NCBI GenBank assembly: GCA_963810935.1
Contig: CAWEPK010000010.1
Span: forward strand, 64,001 to 128,000
DNA: 64,000 nucleotides
Reading direction: 5' to 3'
Source of the DNA: an uncultured delta proteobacterium
GTDB lineage: Bacteria; Desulfobacterota; Syntrophorhabdia; Syntrophorhabdales; WCHB1-27
Shown: piece by piece, positions 31,658-40,872 of the stretch
How the letters are laid out: each line of letters opens with the position of its first letter
How positions within the stretch are numbered: the stretch's first letter is position 1
Notes under the pieces: model-generated
The model's database searches: none
Told to the model about the DNA's origin: nothing
The model's input: the letters and a program-made list of their open reading frames with translations, nothing else
Position numbers and translations under genes: made by a program

Positions 31658-31686
31658 TTGACACGTGGCCGGAACGCGGCTAAAAT
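31658..31686 (+). promoter_or_regulatory. sigma70 promoter of tRNA-Leu
   Basis: TTGACA, 17 nt spacer, TAAAAT, ending 7 nt before the tRNA. Confidence 0.75.
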
Positions 31687-31693
31687 AAGGCAG

Positions 31694-31782
31694 GCCGAAG
31701 TGGTGGAACAGGCAGACGCGCCGGACTCAAAATCCGGTGGGGCTTACACCCCGTGCGGGTTCGATTCCCGTCTTCGGCACCA
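31694..31782 (+). tRNA. tRNA-Leu(CAA), island integration site
   Basis: GCCGAAG/CTTCGGC acceptor stem plus ACCA, anticodon arm CCGGA-CTCAAAA-TCCGG, long variable arm. Confidence 0.97.
31726..31780 (+). repeat. attL core (55 bp)
   Basis: CTCAAAATCCGGTGGGGCTTACACCCCGTGCGGGTTCGATTCCCGTCTTCGGCAC; matches 40623-40677 with one mismatch. Confidence 0.95.
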
Positions 31783-31817
31783 GTGATTTAGAGGACTTAC
31801 CGCTCATCCTTTTCTGC

Positions 31818-32908
31818 TTATCTGCGACTATTAATTGAAATTGTGCCCGGAATTGTGCCCACCTGCGCCTGTTCGGTAGTTTCTCGACTCTCTTCATGAA
31901 GAGCCGCAACTCGCTCACAGGCCCGCTTGAGGTCTTCCTCGTTGGTGATGTTGTACCTATCAAATACGGCCCGCGTCTTATGGCCGCTGATCTTCATGGC
32001 AACCTTTTCTGTTACCCCTGCCCTTACCATATTTCTGATCGCTGTTCTTCTAAGATCGTGGAAGAGTCTCCCTGGTATTCTCGCCCGATCACATGCATTC
32101 TCCCAGGCTTCACGCATGTCTCTTATCCGCTTTCCCTTACGAAAGAATACATATTCGCAGAGAGGATACTGGGAATCTCTTATCGTCTGCTGTCTCAGCA
32201 TCGTTTCGTATAGCTCCCCGCCCATGTAGACTATCCGTGCCTCGTCGTTCTTCGTCGTCCCTGCATCCAGGGTTACCTTCTTCTCGAAGATGTTCATCTG
32301 GTCCCACTTGAGCGATAATATCTCCTCTTTCCGCATGCCAGTGAAATACCCCATTACAAGAACGGGCCGGAGATATTCTGGCAGTTGCTCCTTCAGCTTT
32401 TCAAAATCCGCATACTCGAAATAGCCGGTTCTCACGTTGTTCTCTTTCAGCCTAGGAATATGGGGAACCTGTCCAACCTTGGCCGGGGTAGTTTGCGCCC
32501 CAAGCGTAAACATCCTCTTTAATGCTGCCAACTCTCGGTTGATAGTACCGTTTGCCGCGCCCGCCTCTTGCCTTTCAACAATGTAGTTCTTTATGCGGAA
32601 CGTGGTGATTTCGGCAACCCGGTTGCCTTTGAATTTCTTTTCAAGGTGAGCCTTCAGTTCCTCTGCCCTCTGAAGGGATTTTCGACCGTTCATCTTATAA
32701 TCGGTTATGAAATCAGCCGCGATCTCGTCGAACTTGATGCGCTCGATTTGCAGCCCCTTGAATCGCCCCTCGACTATTTCCCCTTCCCTTTCTTCAATAC
32801 TGCCTTGGCATCGGTTTCTTTCCGCGAATGACTGCTTTCCCTGTAGGGCTTGCCGTGCCGGTAATACTTAATCCAGTATGTTTTACCTCTGAGATAAATC
32901 ATTCCCAT
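31818..32908 (-). CDS. Tyrosine recombinase/integrase (frameshift near 32820)
   Basis: Catalytic R (TGMRKEE), K, HDLRR, GHKT, Y (DRYNI). The N-terminal arm-binding-like [25 protein letters not shown] (GGAGG RBS, ATG 32908) joins by adding one A at ~32820. Confidence 0.93.
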
Positions 32909-33155
32909 GGCCCTTTACCTCCTTTCTCGTTTTCGTTTCCTTCACTCCCTTCTCGGCATTCATTGCCTCAATACCCGCAAGGGCAAGACCCAGGAAAGAT
33001 GGAATCTCTCTTGTCCCGGTCTCCCAGCGAGCTACCGTCACTCTGGACACTCTCAAAGCAGCCGCAAGTTTCATTTGACTATACTTGTTCACCTCCCTCC
33101 ATAGTTTTAGGTCTTCCGGCGTCATGAATAGTAGCCAACGGCGAAGTGTTTCCAT
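32883..33155 (-). CDS. XRE-family helix-turn-helix regulator
   Basis: LKLWREVNKYSQMKLAAALRVSRVTVARWETG. Confidence 0.85.
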   Translation of the reverse strand: METLRRWLLFMTPEDLKLWREVNKYSQMKLAAALRVSRVTVARWETGTREIPSFLGLALAGIEAMNAEKGVKETKTRKEVKGHGNDLSQR

Positions 33156-33215
33156 ATCCTATCTCCTTCCTCAATATTGTAACCAGTGGCTACACTGTTG
33201 TCAACAAGAATTCTT

Positions 33216-33455
33216 TCAGAAGGTAAAGCTGGTTTTGTTCCGCTCAATATAGTCATCCATGTCTTTTACGTCGAGAAGCACACGGCGGCCGTCTCTGACT
33301 GTGATGATCTTCCCATCCCATATGATCTGCCACAAGGCGTTTACTGTCCGCCCTAAGTAATAGGCGGCTTCATGGACAGTATAGAGCCTCTTGACCGGTC
33401 CTTTCGGATTCTTCCGATCTACTTTGTACTTGTTTAGCCGCTCGGTCTTAGTCAT
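33216..33455 (-). CDS. Excisionase-like winged-HTH protein
   Basis: RLYTVHEAAYYLG...VRDGRRVLLDVKDMDDYIE; small, basic, upstream of int. Confidence 0.8.
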   Translation of the reverse strand: MTKTERLNKYKVDRKNPKGPVKRLYTVHEAAYYLGRTVNALWQIIWDGKIITVRDGRRVLLDVKDMDDYIERNKTSFTF

Positions 33456-34325
33456 TTGCCCCTTACTGCTGTCGCCCCGCGCCGGATTCCTTATGCGATG
33501 CGGCCTTGAATAGCCTTGTCTTTCATTGCTTTCTGCCTGTCTGTGCCCGCCCCTGTGCCACTGCCAAAGCCCGGTTACCGCTTACTTTATCCCTTTTGTA
33601 TGGCAGGATTATCAGCAATATCAGGCATCATCACCCCTATTTAACCCTTATGTACGGGGTGTTTATTGTATACCCCCGTATTGTACGTACTTTAGTACAT
33701 CAAGTACGGCTAGTAATTGTATACAATATATTGTACTTATTTATATACATTAGACTAAAACTTCATTCCCGCTTTCGCCCTTGTTGTGGCCTATCTTTGG
33801 AGAACCACAAAAAAAGGGATACCGAATTAGACGCAGACTTCTTCATATAACGCTCCTATACACGGGATTTTGTATCAAATCGCGGTTCTTAAATCTGTTC
33901 GCTCTTACGGTTCGGCAAGAGCGATGGAGACTGTCGCGAAGACGATTTCCGAGGACGAAATACAAAAAAGGGTTTAAGAACTAATAAGCTCCTAAACCCT
34001 TTCATGGTTCTTATTTCTCGTCGCTTTTCGGGCCGGGAAGAACTGTCTCTGTCTTTTTCCCTTACCCAGTGACTTAACTAAAATAATCCGGCTTATGGCG
34101 ACTTGTCAAGATTGGGGGTCTGTTTTTCTCAACTACCCTGCGTTATCAGTCGATTACAAGAACGAAACCGATCATTGGCCTTTGGTCTCCTGAATTGTAA
34201 AAACCAAAACCCGTAATTACGGACGTTGGAAGAGAAAGCCGGAGTGCGTATCTATAACGAAGCGCGTAATAGGCAGATGTCGCGAGTTGAAGATTGCCAC
34301 AAATAAGCTCAAATATGGAATCAGG

Positions 34326-34622
34326 TTAGGTAAAGTCTTTTGGGTACGGTTTCCATTTATGCTCACAGGCTTGGCACACCATTTCAATCTTCTTTCTTCC
34401 GAGCATTACGACCAGCAGTCCCACAGGTCCCAACAAGAGCTCACCGACGGCAGCCTTGCCGAGGCCAAACCCCTTTTGGCCCGTCGCAATGTTCATGGAA
34501 CTACACTTTGGACATCGAATGTGGAGACCAGGAGCTTCCTCTCCACAGTGAGGACACGCGGGAGCACTTTTAGACACTTCTCTGCCGCATGTTTTGCATT
34601 TCACTAGTTCTGGCATTCGCAT
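34326..34622 (-). CDS. Zinc-ribbon protein with Gly-rich hydrophobic hairpin
   Basis: CKTC, CPHC, CPKC, CQAC motifs flanking KGFGLGKAAVGELLLGPVGLL; GGGAGG RBS. Confidence 0.75.
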   Translation of the reverse strand: MRMPELVKCKTCGREVSKSAPACPHCGEEAPGLHIRCPKCSSMNIATGQKGFGLGKAAVGELLLGPVGLLVVMLGRKKIEMVCQACEHKWKPYPKDFT

Positions 34623-35522
34623 TTCCTCCCTAATACGCGGACGAGGCGACGTAATTGCGAAAGACAAAGAGGACAGCTACATTTTCGATCGGTGCTCGCC
34701 TTCTTCGCCCCACCAACCCATGCGTAATCATAGCCACCAGTAGCTTTGTATTGCAAAAGAAACTTTCATGGGCGCATTTTCGGGAAGAAATTTTTGGATG
34801 ACTTGGCACTTGTATGATAGGTGATGTTCCGACTTCTACTCCCGAATAAAGGCAAGCGCGGTATTACCTAAAGATGTTATGAAACGGTATTAAATGAGAA
34901 GATAAACCCCGCTTTCACCCAGAATAATTGTCAAATAGCGGGGTTCCGCTTTATTACACGGCCACTATTGTTCTCTCAGCAAAACACTGGCTTCCTTGAA
35001 TTGCCTTGCAATCGTTGGGTTTTGCTTATGCTGAAATCAATTATATATGCCTAAACCACCTCTCTCTTGCTCCAAAAAGACTCGATAAAATATTTGTGCA
35101 GATGCTTCGCGGTTTTCAGTATTTACTAGTAATGGGAGGAAGGGAGTTTTTTAAGCTATGCCGCCCTGTCGCATCGACTCCGGTTTTTCGATAAAGATAT
35201 TAAGGTAATAAATGCCTTTGAGCGTCCAGTTGGCAGGCATCGATTCAAACAGCTCATGGGCTTCACATAAATATATAGGATAGGCCATGCTGTAAGGCAT
35301 AGCCGCAAAGAGCCACGAACAAATCAGATAATCTCTCTCTTGTTCAAGTGCAAAGCATTGGCAGGTTAACCCGAATCGCTAACGCAGGGCCGGCTCGTCG
35401 GGTGAAGCACAATAGCGCCTGAGTCCCTCAGGTGTCTGGGCGGAGCTATACCCAAAATTAGCAGGCAACTTTTCGACCTCATTGAAACAGGAACACAGCG
35501 AAAATAAATAGGAGTAAAAACA

Positions 35523-36032
35523 ATGAACCAAACACTTAAGAGGACATGGACAGAATTGATGTCAAGGAATTCATTCGAGTGGTTTGCATCCCTCACATTT
35601 AGAGATCAGGTCTCTTCTTCTTATGCACGTAAGACTTATATCGATTGGATACGAAATCTCTGCGTTCAAGAGCACATGCAAGTCGCCTCAATGACTGTAT
35701 ATAATCCGTCTCCTCACCCACATTTGCACTCGGTCATTTTAGGAACTAACAAGGGCGGACGCGCACTGAATGATGTTTCTTGCCCCGAGTGGGAGAGAAA
35801 ATGGAATAGGAATCCGAAAGCAGCAAGAATCGAACTCATACGCGAGCTGAACGATGTCGCTGCTTATCTGGCATTCAAGAATCTTGATGTAAATTCCATT
35901 GATCCAGAAAATTGGTTTTCCTACAATCAGAAGCTTCTCATCAAAAAGCAAAATCCGAGAATAGACCTTCGGTATAATGACACGTACGGAGGGTCTGAAC
36001 GGGCATCCTCGGCCGTTGACAGTACATTATGA
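35523..36032 (+). CDS. Small HUH-superfamily endonuclease (rolling-circle Rep-like)
   Basis: Motif I WFASLTF, motif II PHLHSVI (HUH), motif III AAYLAFK in the Rep order; AGGAG RBS. Confidence 0.65.
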   Translation: MNQTLKRTWTELMSRNSFEWFASLTFRDQVSSSYARKTYIDWIRNLCVQEHMQVASMTVYNPSPHPHLHSVILGTNKGGRALNDVSCPEWERKWNRNPKAARIELIRELNDVAAYLAFKNLDVNSIDPENWFSYNQKLLIKKQNPRIDLRYNDTYGGSERASSAVDSTL

Positions 36033-36316
36033 CCGGGCTCGATGTTTAACGCCATTCCACCATTACCTTAACGGAAGTCAATCGGATTGTTTACGGTCAG
36101 GGCAGAGGGGGTCAATTATATCTGGTTGGTTGAGGACTTCACCTACAATCAGCGTCTTGTCGAGGACATCAGAGACCGAAGATTACCGATGAAAAGCGGG
36201 AACCAGAAACGCATGTCCGACGACCTACCGTTGGTATACCTGTCGAGGGAGTATGAGGTGCCTATGCACATGTGAACTACCGGGAGTGTTCAGGGGAAGA
36301 CTTCTTGTTGAATTTC

Positions 36317-37489
36317 TCAGCCTGCGTTCCACTTGCCATTCTCGTCAAACCAGCTTGACCGCTCATAACCACATGCGTTCCAAACTATATCAAACATGGG
36401 CTTCAAAAGTCGTTGCATATCCTCCTCGTATGTCTCGATTAGGGACTCAGGCAGTGATAGGATGTCCCTATCAATTGGATAACCAGAATCGAATTGATAT
36501 ATAGACCCTGGCTGAATTTGCCAACCCTTGACGCCGATAAACGTCAGAGAAACAAGGAATGGTGGCCTGATACTCAGGTCCTTTAATGCTCTAACATAAC
36601 TATCCACCGCCTGTGGCAATTCTTTCTCATAGCCAAGGCTTGGAAGAATCCGGCCTTCTCGATCCGCTCTCAGCCAAAACCCTTCAACCGCTTCGATGAT
36701 TCCGTTTCGATGCAGTTGCATATAGGATGTAGTGTTTCCTCCCGTTAGGAAATAAATTAGCAAGCCTTCCAAATTGATTCTGGGGTTAATAGCGCCAACC
36801 ATTCTGGAATTGACCGGCCACAAATTCTGTTTTTGACCCATACTTGATTTAATGTCGATAACAGTCTCCAAGTCAAAAGCCTCTAATGGTATTAGATGCA
36901 GTACGATCTTTCCACCGTGAATGAACGGTACTGGGGTATCATCCGAGACCAATTTCGCAATTCTTTCAGTCTTGAAGTCCCTAATCCGTTTAGATTGGGT
37001 TTCAGACAGATTAAACGCTGCTCTCAACTGCACTGTATCCAAAGGATATTTACCGGCGGAATTTCTGGCATAAAATTTGTCATGCCCCTTGAAGACAACC
37101 CTGTGGGGACCGATCCAACTTCTCTTAATTCGCAGGACAAGGGCTATCTTGCTTTGGCTCACCTTCACCGGATGAATTGTCACTTGAATCCGAGGTTCAA
37201 TTCCATCCTGAATAAGGCTATCGTACCTTCTTTTCTCTTCGTCGATGTTCTGGGCAGTCACGCCCACAATCTCAACGGGTATGCCGTCTTTTTCCTTAAC
37301 TCCATAGATCAGGTCTCCACCGGATGTGTTGGCAAAAGACGATACGTCTGACAGAAACTCCTTTCGGTCGGAGTCAGTTTTCCCCGGCAATTCAAGCTTA
37401 TACTCTATAGATTTGCCTTCCATTACGCTGTTGTCAACGAGGTGCTGCAAGTCGGTTTGGTTAATTTCCTCCAAAGGTTTGTTCAACAT
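36317..37489 (-). CDS. Schlafen/AlbA_2-domain protein
   Basis: EGKSIEYK (ExxxxExK) and SSFANTSGGDLIYGV, PH...FYARN; uncharacterised C-terminal domain. Confidence 0.85.
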   Translation of the reverse strand: MLNKPLEEINQTDLQHLVDNSVMEGKSIEYKLELPGKTDSDRKEFLSDVSSFANTSGGDLIYGVKEKDGIPVEIVGVTAQNIDEEKRRYDSLIQDGIEPRIQVTIHPVKVSQSKIALVLRIKRSWIGPHRVVFKGHDKFYARNSAGKYPLDTVQLRAAFNLSETQSKRIRDFKTERIAKLVSDDTPVPFIHGGKIVLHLIPLEAFDLETVIDIKSSMGQKQNLWPVNSRMVGAINPRINLEGLLIYFLTGGNTTSYMQLHRNGIIEAVEGFWLRADREGRILPSLGYEKELPQAVDSYVRALKDLSIRPPFLVSLTFIGVKGWQIQPGSIYQFDSGYPIDRDILSLPESLIETYEEDMQRLLKPMFDIVWNACGYERSSWFDENGKWNAG

Positions 37490-37669
37490 ATTACCCCCAT
37501 TGAATGCGCGGCTTATCTTGATCTGGCACTTTTTGCTATTCTCATATTTTGTCGATACCCCGTCAAAGAAGACCCCAGCCGTAGCACTATCGCAGGTCAG
37601 AAAGACAGTACGAAGCACCGCTCTTGTCAAAACCTCCCTTTCAGGAAGTTCGTCTCTATCGGCACCATC

Positions 37670-39028
37670 TCATGCCGATTGCCCTCCCCTCCGAGCGGAA
37701 GGTGAAACCCCGTAGTACTCGCGGAGCAACTTCTGTTGATATTTTCTTATCTTCTCGGTTTCTCCAGCTTCAGAATACTCTATGAGACGCTGAACATTTT
37801 GGTTTTTTAAAGGAAGGCTATTCAGTTCGTGCTTCGTGACCAATTCGTGCCAAATGCTTAAAGGCTTACTTTGAGCCAGCTTATCAAGTATTCTTACATC
37901 GCCCGGTAAGCACTGATTCAAATAGTACTGCCATTGTTCGCGGCTGAAACGGTCAAGAATTGCGGAAGCAATTGGTGTAGCGTTGTAGCTCTGCCCGTAA
38001 AAGTTTCCAAGTCTTACAGCCAGAATCGCCGAGGCGCACATCGAAAATGCGGCTGTAGGAATCCTGGAGCCGAGTTTTGAGAGCACTCTCATAGGAGCTG
38101 CCTCATTGAAGAAGTTGTTCATTCCCTCGTGGGCCTTTATAACGTCCTGTGCAGCTCTTATGTATGAATCCGATCGAAGAGTCTCTGGGACGTAATCGAA
38201 TCCACCCACCTTCAGTAAAGCCACTTTCAACCCGGCCATTGCAGTGCTTTGGCCAGCGGCGTGAACCTCCGCGTAAGCGTGACCGGTCTGCCACCGCTCT
38301 GTATCTCTCAACGTCGGCCAAAGTAACGGAATGATGACGTTAAAATTAGCAAGGGCATTCTCTAACTGTGCGCCCGCCTTCTTTCTTATGGTCGATAATA
38401 GCACACTGATTGTAAGTTTCTTAAAAAAATATGGCGAAGACAGCAAAGAGGATACGCGCTGATCTTCCGCCGACAACGTTTCCGATTCGACGGCATTACG
38501 AAATTCAACAAACTTCGTAGCAACTTCTACACGCGGCTGCCCCAGAATATTCCTTACGCACGCCTTTATTATCTGGCTCGCTTCATTCTGCTCCATCTCA
38601 ATTTCTTCGCTCTCGATCATTTCCGGATCAAGCTTTGAGAAGTGAACAACTGTTTCATGAGCGTGTTTGAGGCGCATCGCCTCTGTTCGAGAAACAATAC
38701 CTAACTCTTCGGCAAGCTGGATCGCTTCCTTATCGGTTACTACGTCAGCCACATTGTCATATTCGGTCAAGTCTGGTTTATTGATCATCTCGCCCAAAAG
38801 ACGCATGCCTAGACTTTCCAATTCTCTTTTGAGGCTTGCCATGGCTTTGGACCAAACAAAACTGGACACCATCTCGTAACTTCCCGCCTGAAACGCCTGG
38901 GAGATTTGTCGCTTATCACGTTGGGTCAACTGGCCTGCATATCCCAAGACATCAGGAAGGGCGTTGACGTTGGAAGGTAAAACTGCGACGCCGTCTGGTT
39001 GCCATAGGGCCATAGAGTTATCTGTCAA
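37670..39028 (-). CDS. Hypothetical helical protein with HEPN-like N-terminal region
   Basis: 452 aa ORF, AGGAGG RBS, TTG start overlapping the upstream stop; AFQAGSYEM...W and ELGIVS...RLKHAHETVVHF resemble HEPN-like helices. Confidence 0.65.
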   Translation of the reverse strand: MTDNSMALWQPDGVAVLPSNVNALPDVLGYAGQLTQRDKRQISQAFQAGSYEMVSSFVWSKAMASLKRELESLGMRLLGEMINKPDLTEYDNVADVVTDKEAIQLAEELGIVSRTEAMRLKHAHETVVHFSKLDPEMIESEEIEMEQNEASQIIKACVRNILGQPRVEVATKFVEFRNAVESETLSAEDQRVSSLLSSPYFFKKLTISVLLSTIRKKAGAQLENALANFNVIIPLLWPTLRDTERWQTGHAYAEVHAAGQSTAMAGLKVALLKVGGFDYVPETLRSDSYIRAAQDVIKAHEGMNNFFNEAAPMRVLSKLGSRIPTAAFSMCASAILAVRLGNFYGQSYNATPIASAILDRFSREQWQYYLNQCLPGDVRILDKLAQSKPLSIWHELVTKHELNSLPLKNQNVQRLIEYSEAGETEKIRKYQQKLLREYYGVSPSARRGGQSA

Positions 39029-40044
39029 GATACCCTCCTAAAATCCGTCCATCCGTCTTGAGACCTAATGAATACGGCGCTGACCCCTTTTCCGAGCCTT
39101 GCCGTCAACGTATCGAATGCTCGCCTTCGTCCTCCTCCCGCTGCCCGCCCCGCCTTGTTCGAGTATTTTATGAAACATCCATAAGCCAACAGTCGGGCAT
39201 CTCGGGTGAAAACAACTATACCGTCCGAACCAATCATTCCGGTCAACAACGCGGATGCGGACAAAAGAGAATAAGGCATAATTCTAGTCTTCTGCGCTTG
39301 CCGAACTTTTGCGAGGAAATCAATCGGAGCTTCAAGAATCACGCCGTCAGTAAGCAATTTAGGAACTGTATGGGCCGGACAAACTGCTATAAGAGTGCCA
39401 TGACATTCAGCCAAAGCCCGGCTAAGGCACCTACTTAAATAGGTCATCACCGGCTCTCTTTCGCCCACGGGGCACCTTTCACAGATGATCTGAACCAGGT
39501 TTTGGGCAAATTCGGTTGGCGGCAATTCACTTTCTTTCTTGTGGGATAGAAAAACGTTGTACGTTTCGCCTATATGATTCCTTATTTCCACACAGTCTTC
39601 CGCGATTTGATAGGCCCGCACGAGCTTTATACTCCCGTCGCCTGACGATAACAGTGTTTCGGCAATCGGCACCGAAAGAGGGCTTCCGCTATCGCGAAAG
39701 ACGCCAAATCTAATGTTTTCCCCCTTGCCTTCGACAAAAATGCACCATCCGTCGATAGCAAGTGTCGCGCATCTCTTGAGAACCTTTCCGATGAAGTCTT
39801 CGCTTAACGTTGTATTACCGATATAGACAATCTCATGTTCGGGAATAAGGTGGAGAACCTGCTCAACGTCAGTACACAGATAGATCTCTGGAGTTAACCT
39901 AGCCCCCTCTTCCTTATATCGGGCAAGGGTCACGATTAGCTCAGCCAGGGTGTTCGGCCGAACCAGCGGCTGCATACCTGATGCTTCGCAGAAGTCATTC
40001 ACGCTGCCCGCTAGATGCGTTCTAAACGTGATGTTTCGCGGCAT
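39025..40044 (-). CDS. Divergent diadenylate-cyclase (DAC/DisA_N)-fold protein with N-terminal extra domain
   Basis: GGAGG RBS before ATG 40044; HGTLIAV, SDGIVVF (DGA-like), GGGRRRA (RHR-like), RSQDG in DAC order; N-terminal EEG-containing domain. Confidence 0.7.
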   Translation of the reverse strand: MPRNITFRTHLAGSVNDFCEASGMQPLVRPNTLAELIVTLARYKEEGARLTPEIYLCTDVEQVLHLIPEHEIVYIGNTTLSEDFIGKVLKRCATLAIDGWCIFVEGKGENIRFGVFRDSGSPLSVPIAETLLSSGDGSIKLVRAYQIAEDCVEIRNHIGETYNVFLSHKKESELPPTEFAQNLVQIICERCPVGEREPVMTYLSRCLSRALAECHGTLIAVCPAHTVPKLLTDGVILEAPIDFLAKVRQAQKTRIMPYSLLSASALLTGMIGSDGIVVFTRDARLLAYGCFIKYSNKAGRAAGGGRRRAFDTLTARLGKGVSAVFIRSQDGWTDFRRVS

Positions 40045-40622
40045 TAGACCTCCAATTGCCTTGCAGGAACAGAATGGCGGGCAAGGGGACGGCTTCACTT
40101 TTTTGCTCGCCCCCTGTGCCTTCCCGTCCATTTATTGATTACCACTCACATTCGGTTTATGCAAGAGAAACTTGAACATTATCTATTTCGGGAAGGAGGT
40201 CTTGTACGATCGCGCACTTCAGGTAGACTCATGAATTCCATGGAAGAAAAGGGGGTAGCACCACCGAGGACGCTACCTCCAATGTGTGTGAAGTAACTAT
40301 GAGTTTAACCGTCCATTATCGTGATGTCCACCCCCGCCAACCTTATTACAGTTCTCAGTTTTCGTCGAAACGGCCCATCAAGGTGAATCGTCATGCGGCA
40401 ACGAACAACCCTTGTAAATAGACTGGCAGTCATAAGGCCTGGGGTTCGGTCCCCTTAAGTTAAAGGTGTCCATGTGCCCATTTTTGTGCCCGCCACTGGG
40501 AGTCAAGAGCTGATTTTGGATGACTCCAGGTGACACACCGTAAAATAGTAAGGCGCTATAGTCGCTGGAATTATTAGGAAAGAGAGGAGATTACGGTAAG
40601 TCCGCTATTTGGCCGCCGTGTT

Positions 40623-40677
40623 CTCAAAATCCGGTGGGGCTTACACCCCGTACGGGTTCGATTCCCGTCTTCGGCAC
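40623..40677 (+). repeat. attR core, displaced 3' half of tRNA-Leu
   Basis: 55-bp copy of 31726-31780 with G>A at 40652; no tRNA 5' half. Confidence 0.95.
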
Positions 40678-40708
40678 TAGTTTCTGAGCCATCAGCGTTT
40701 CTCCGCTT

Positions 40709-40872
40709 TCACCGAACGTAACACTTTTGTAACACTCGGTGTTTTCCAGATAATTCATCGAGCGCCCGCATGGCAGGTGTGGTGCTCTCCAGGGCGTGGT
40801 GCGCATAACGCAGCGTCATCTGCGGCCCCTTGTGGCCGAGGATCTTCCGGACCCGATAGAGATCGACCCCGT
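40709..40872 (-). pseudogene. C-terminal remnant of a second tyrosine integrase
   Basis: GVDLYRVRKILGHKGPQMTLRYAH (LGH...T..Y box II) with no upstream integrase sequence. Confidence 0.8.

Larger units (their letters stand above)
31726..40677. mobile_element. ~8.9 kb integrative island at tRNA-Leu(CAA)
   Basis: 55-bp direct repeat of the tRNA 3' half at both ends, adjacent tyrosine integrase, Xis/XRE genes, visibly AT-richer composition. Confidence 0.93.

Noticed and set aside
35977..36275. Small ORFs downstream of the HUH gene
   Set aside because: Short and overlapping with no recognisable motif; they could be a frameshifted gene but cannot be supported.
40623..40677. Second tRNA-Leu gene
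   Set aside because: Only the 3' half from the anticodon loop is present, with no D arm or 5' acceptor strand; it is the att duplication.
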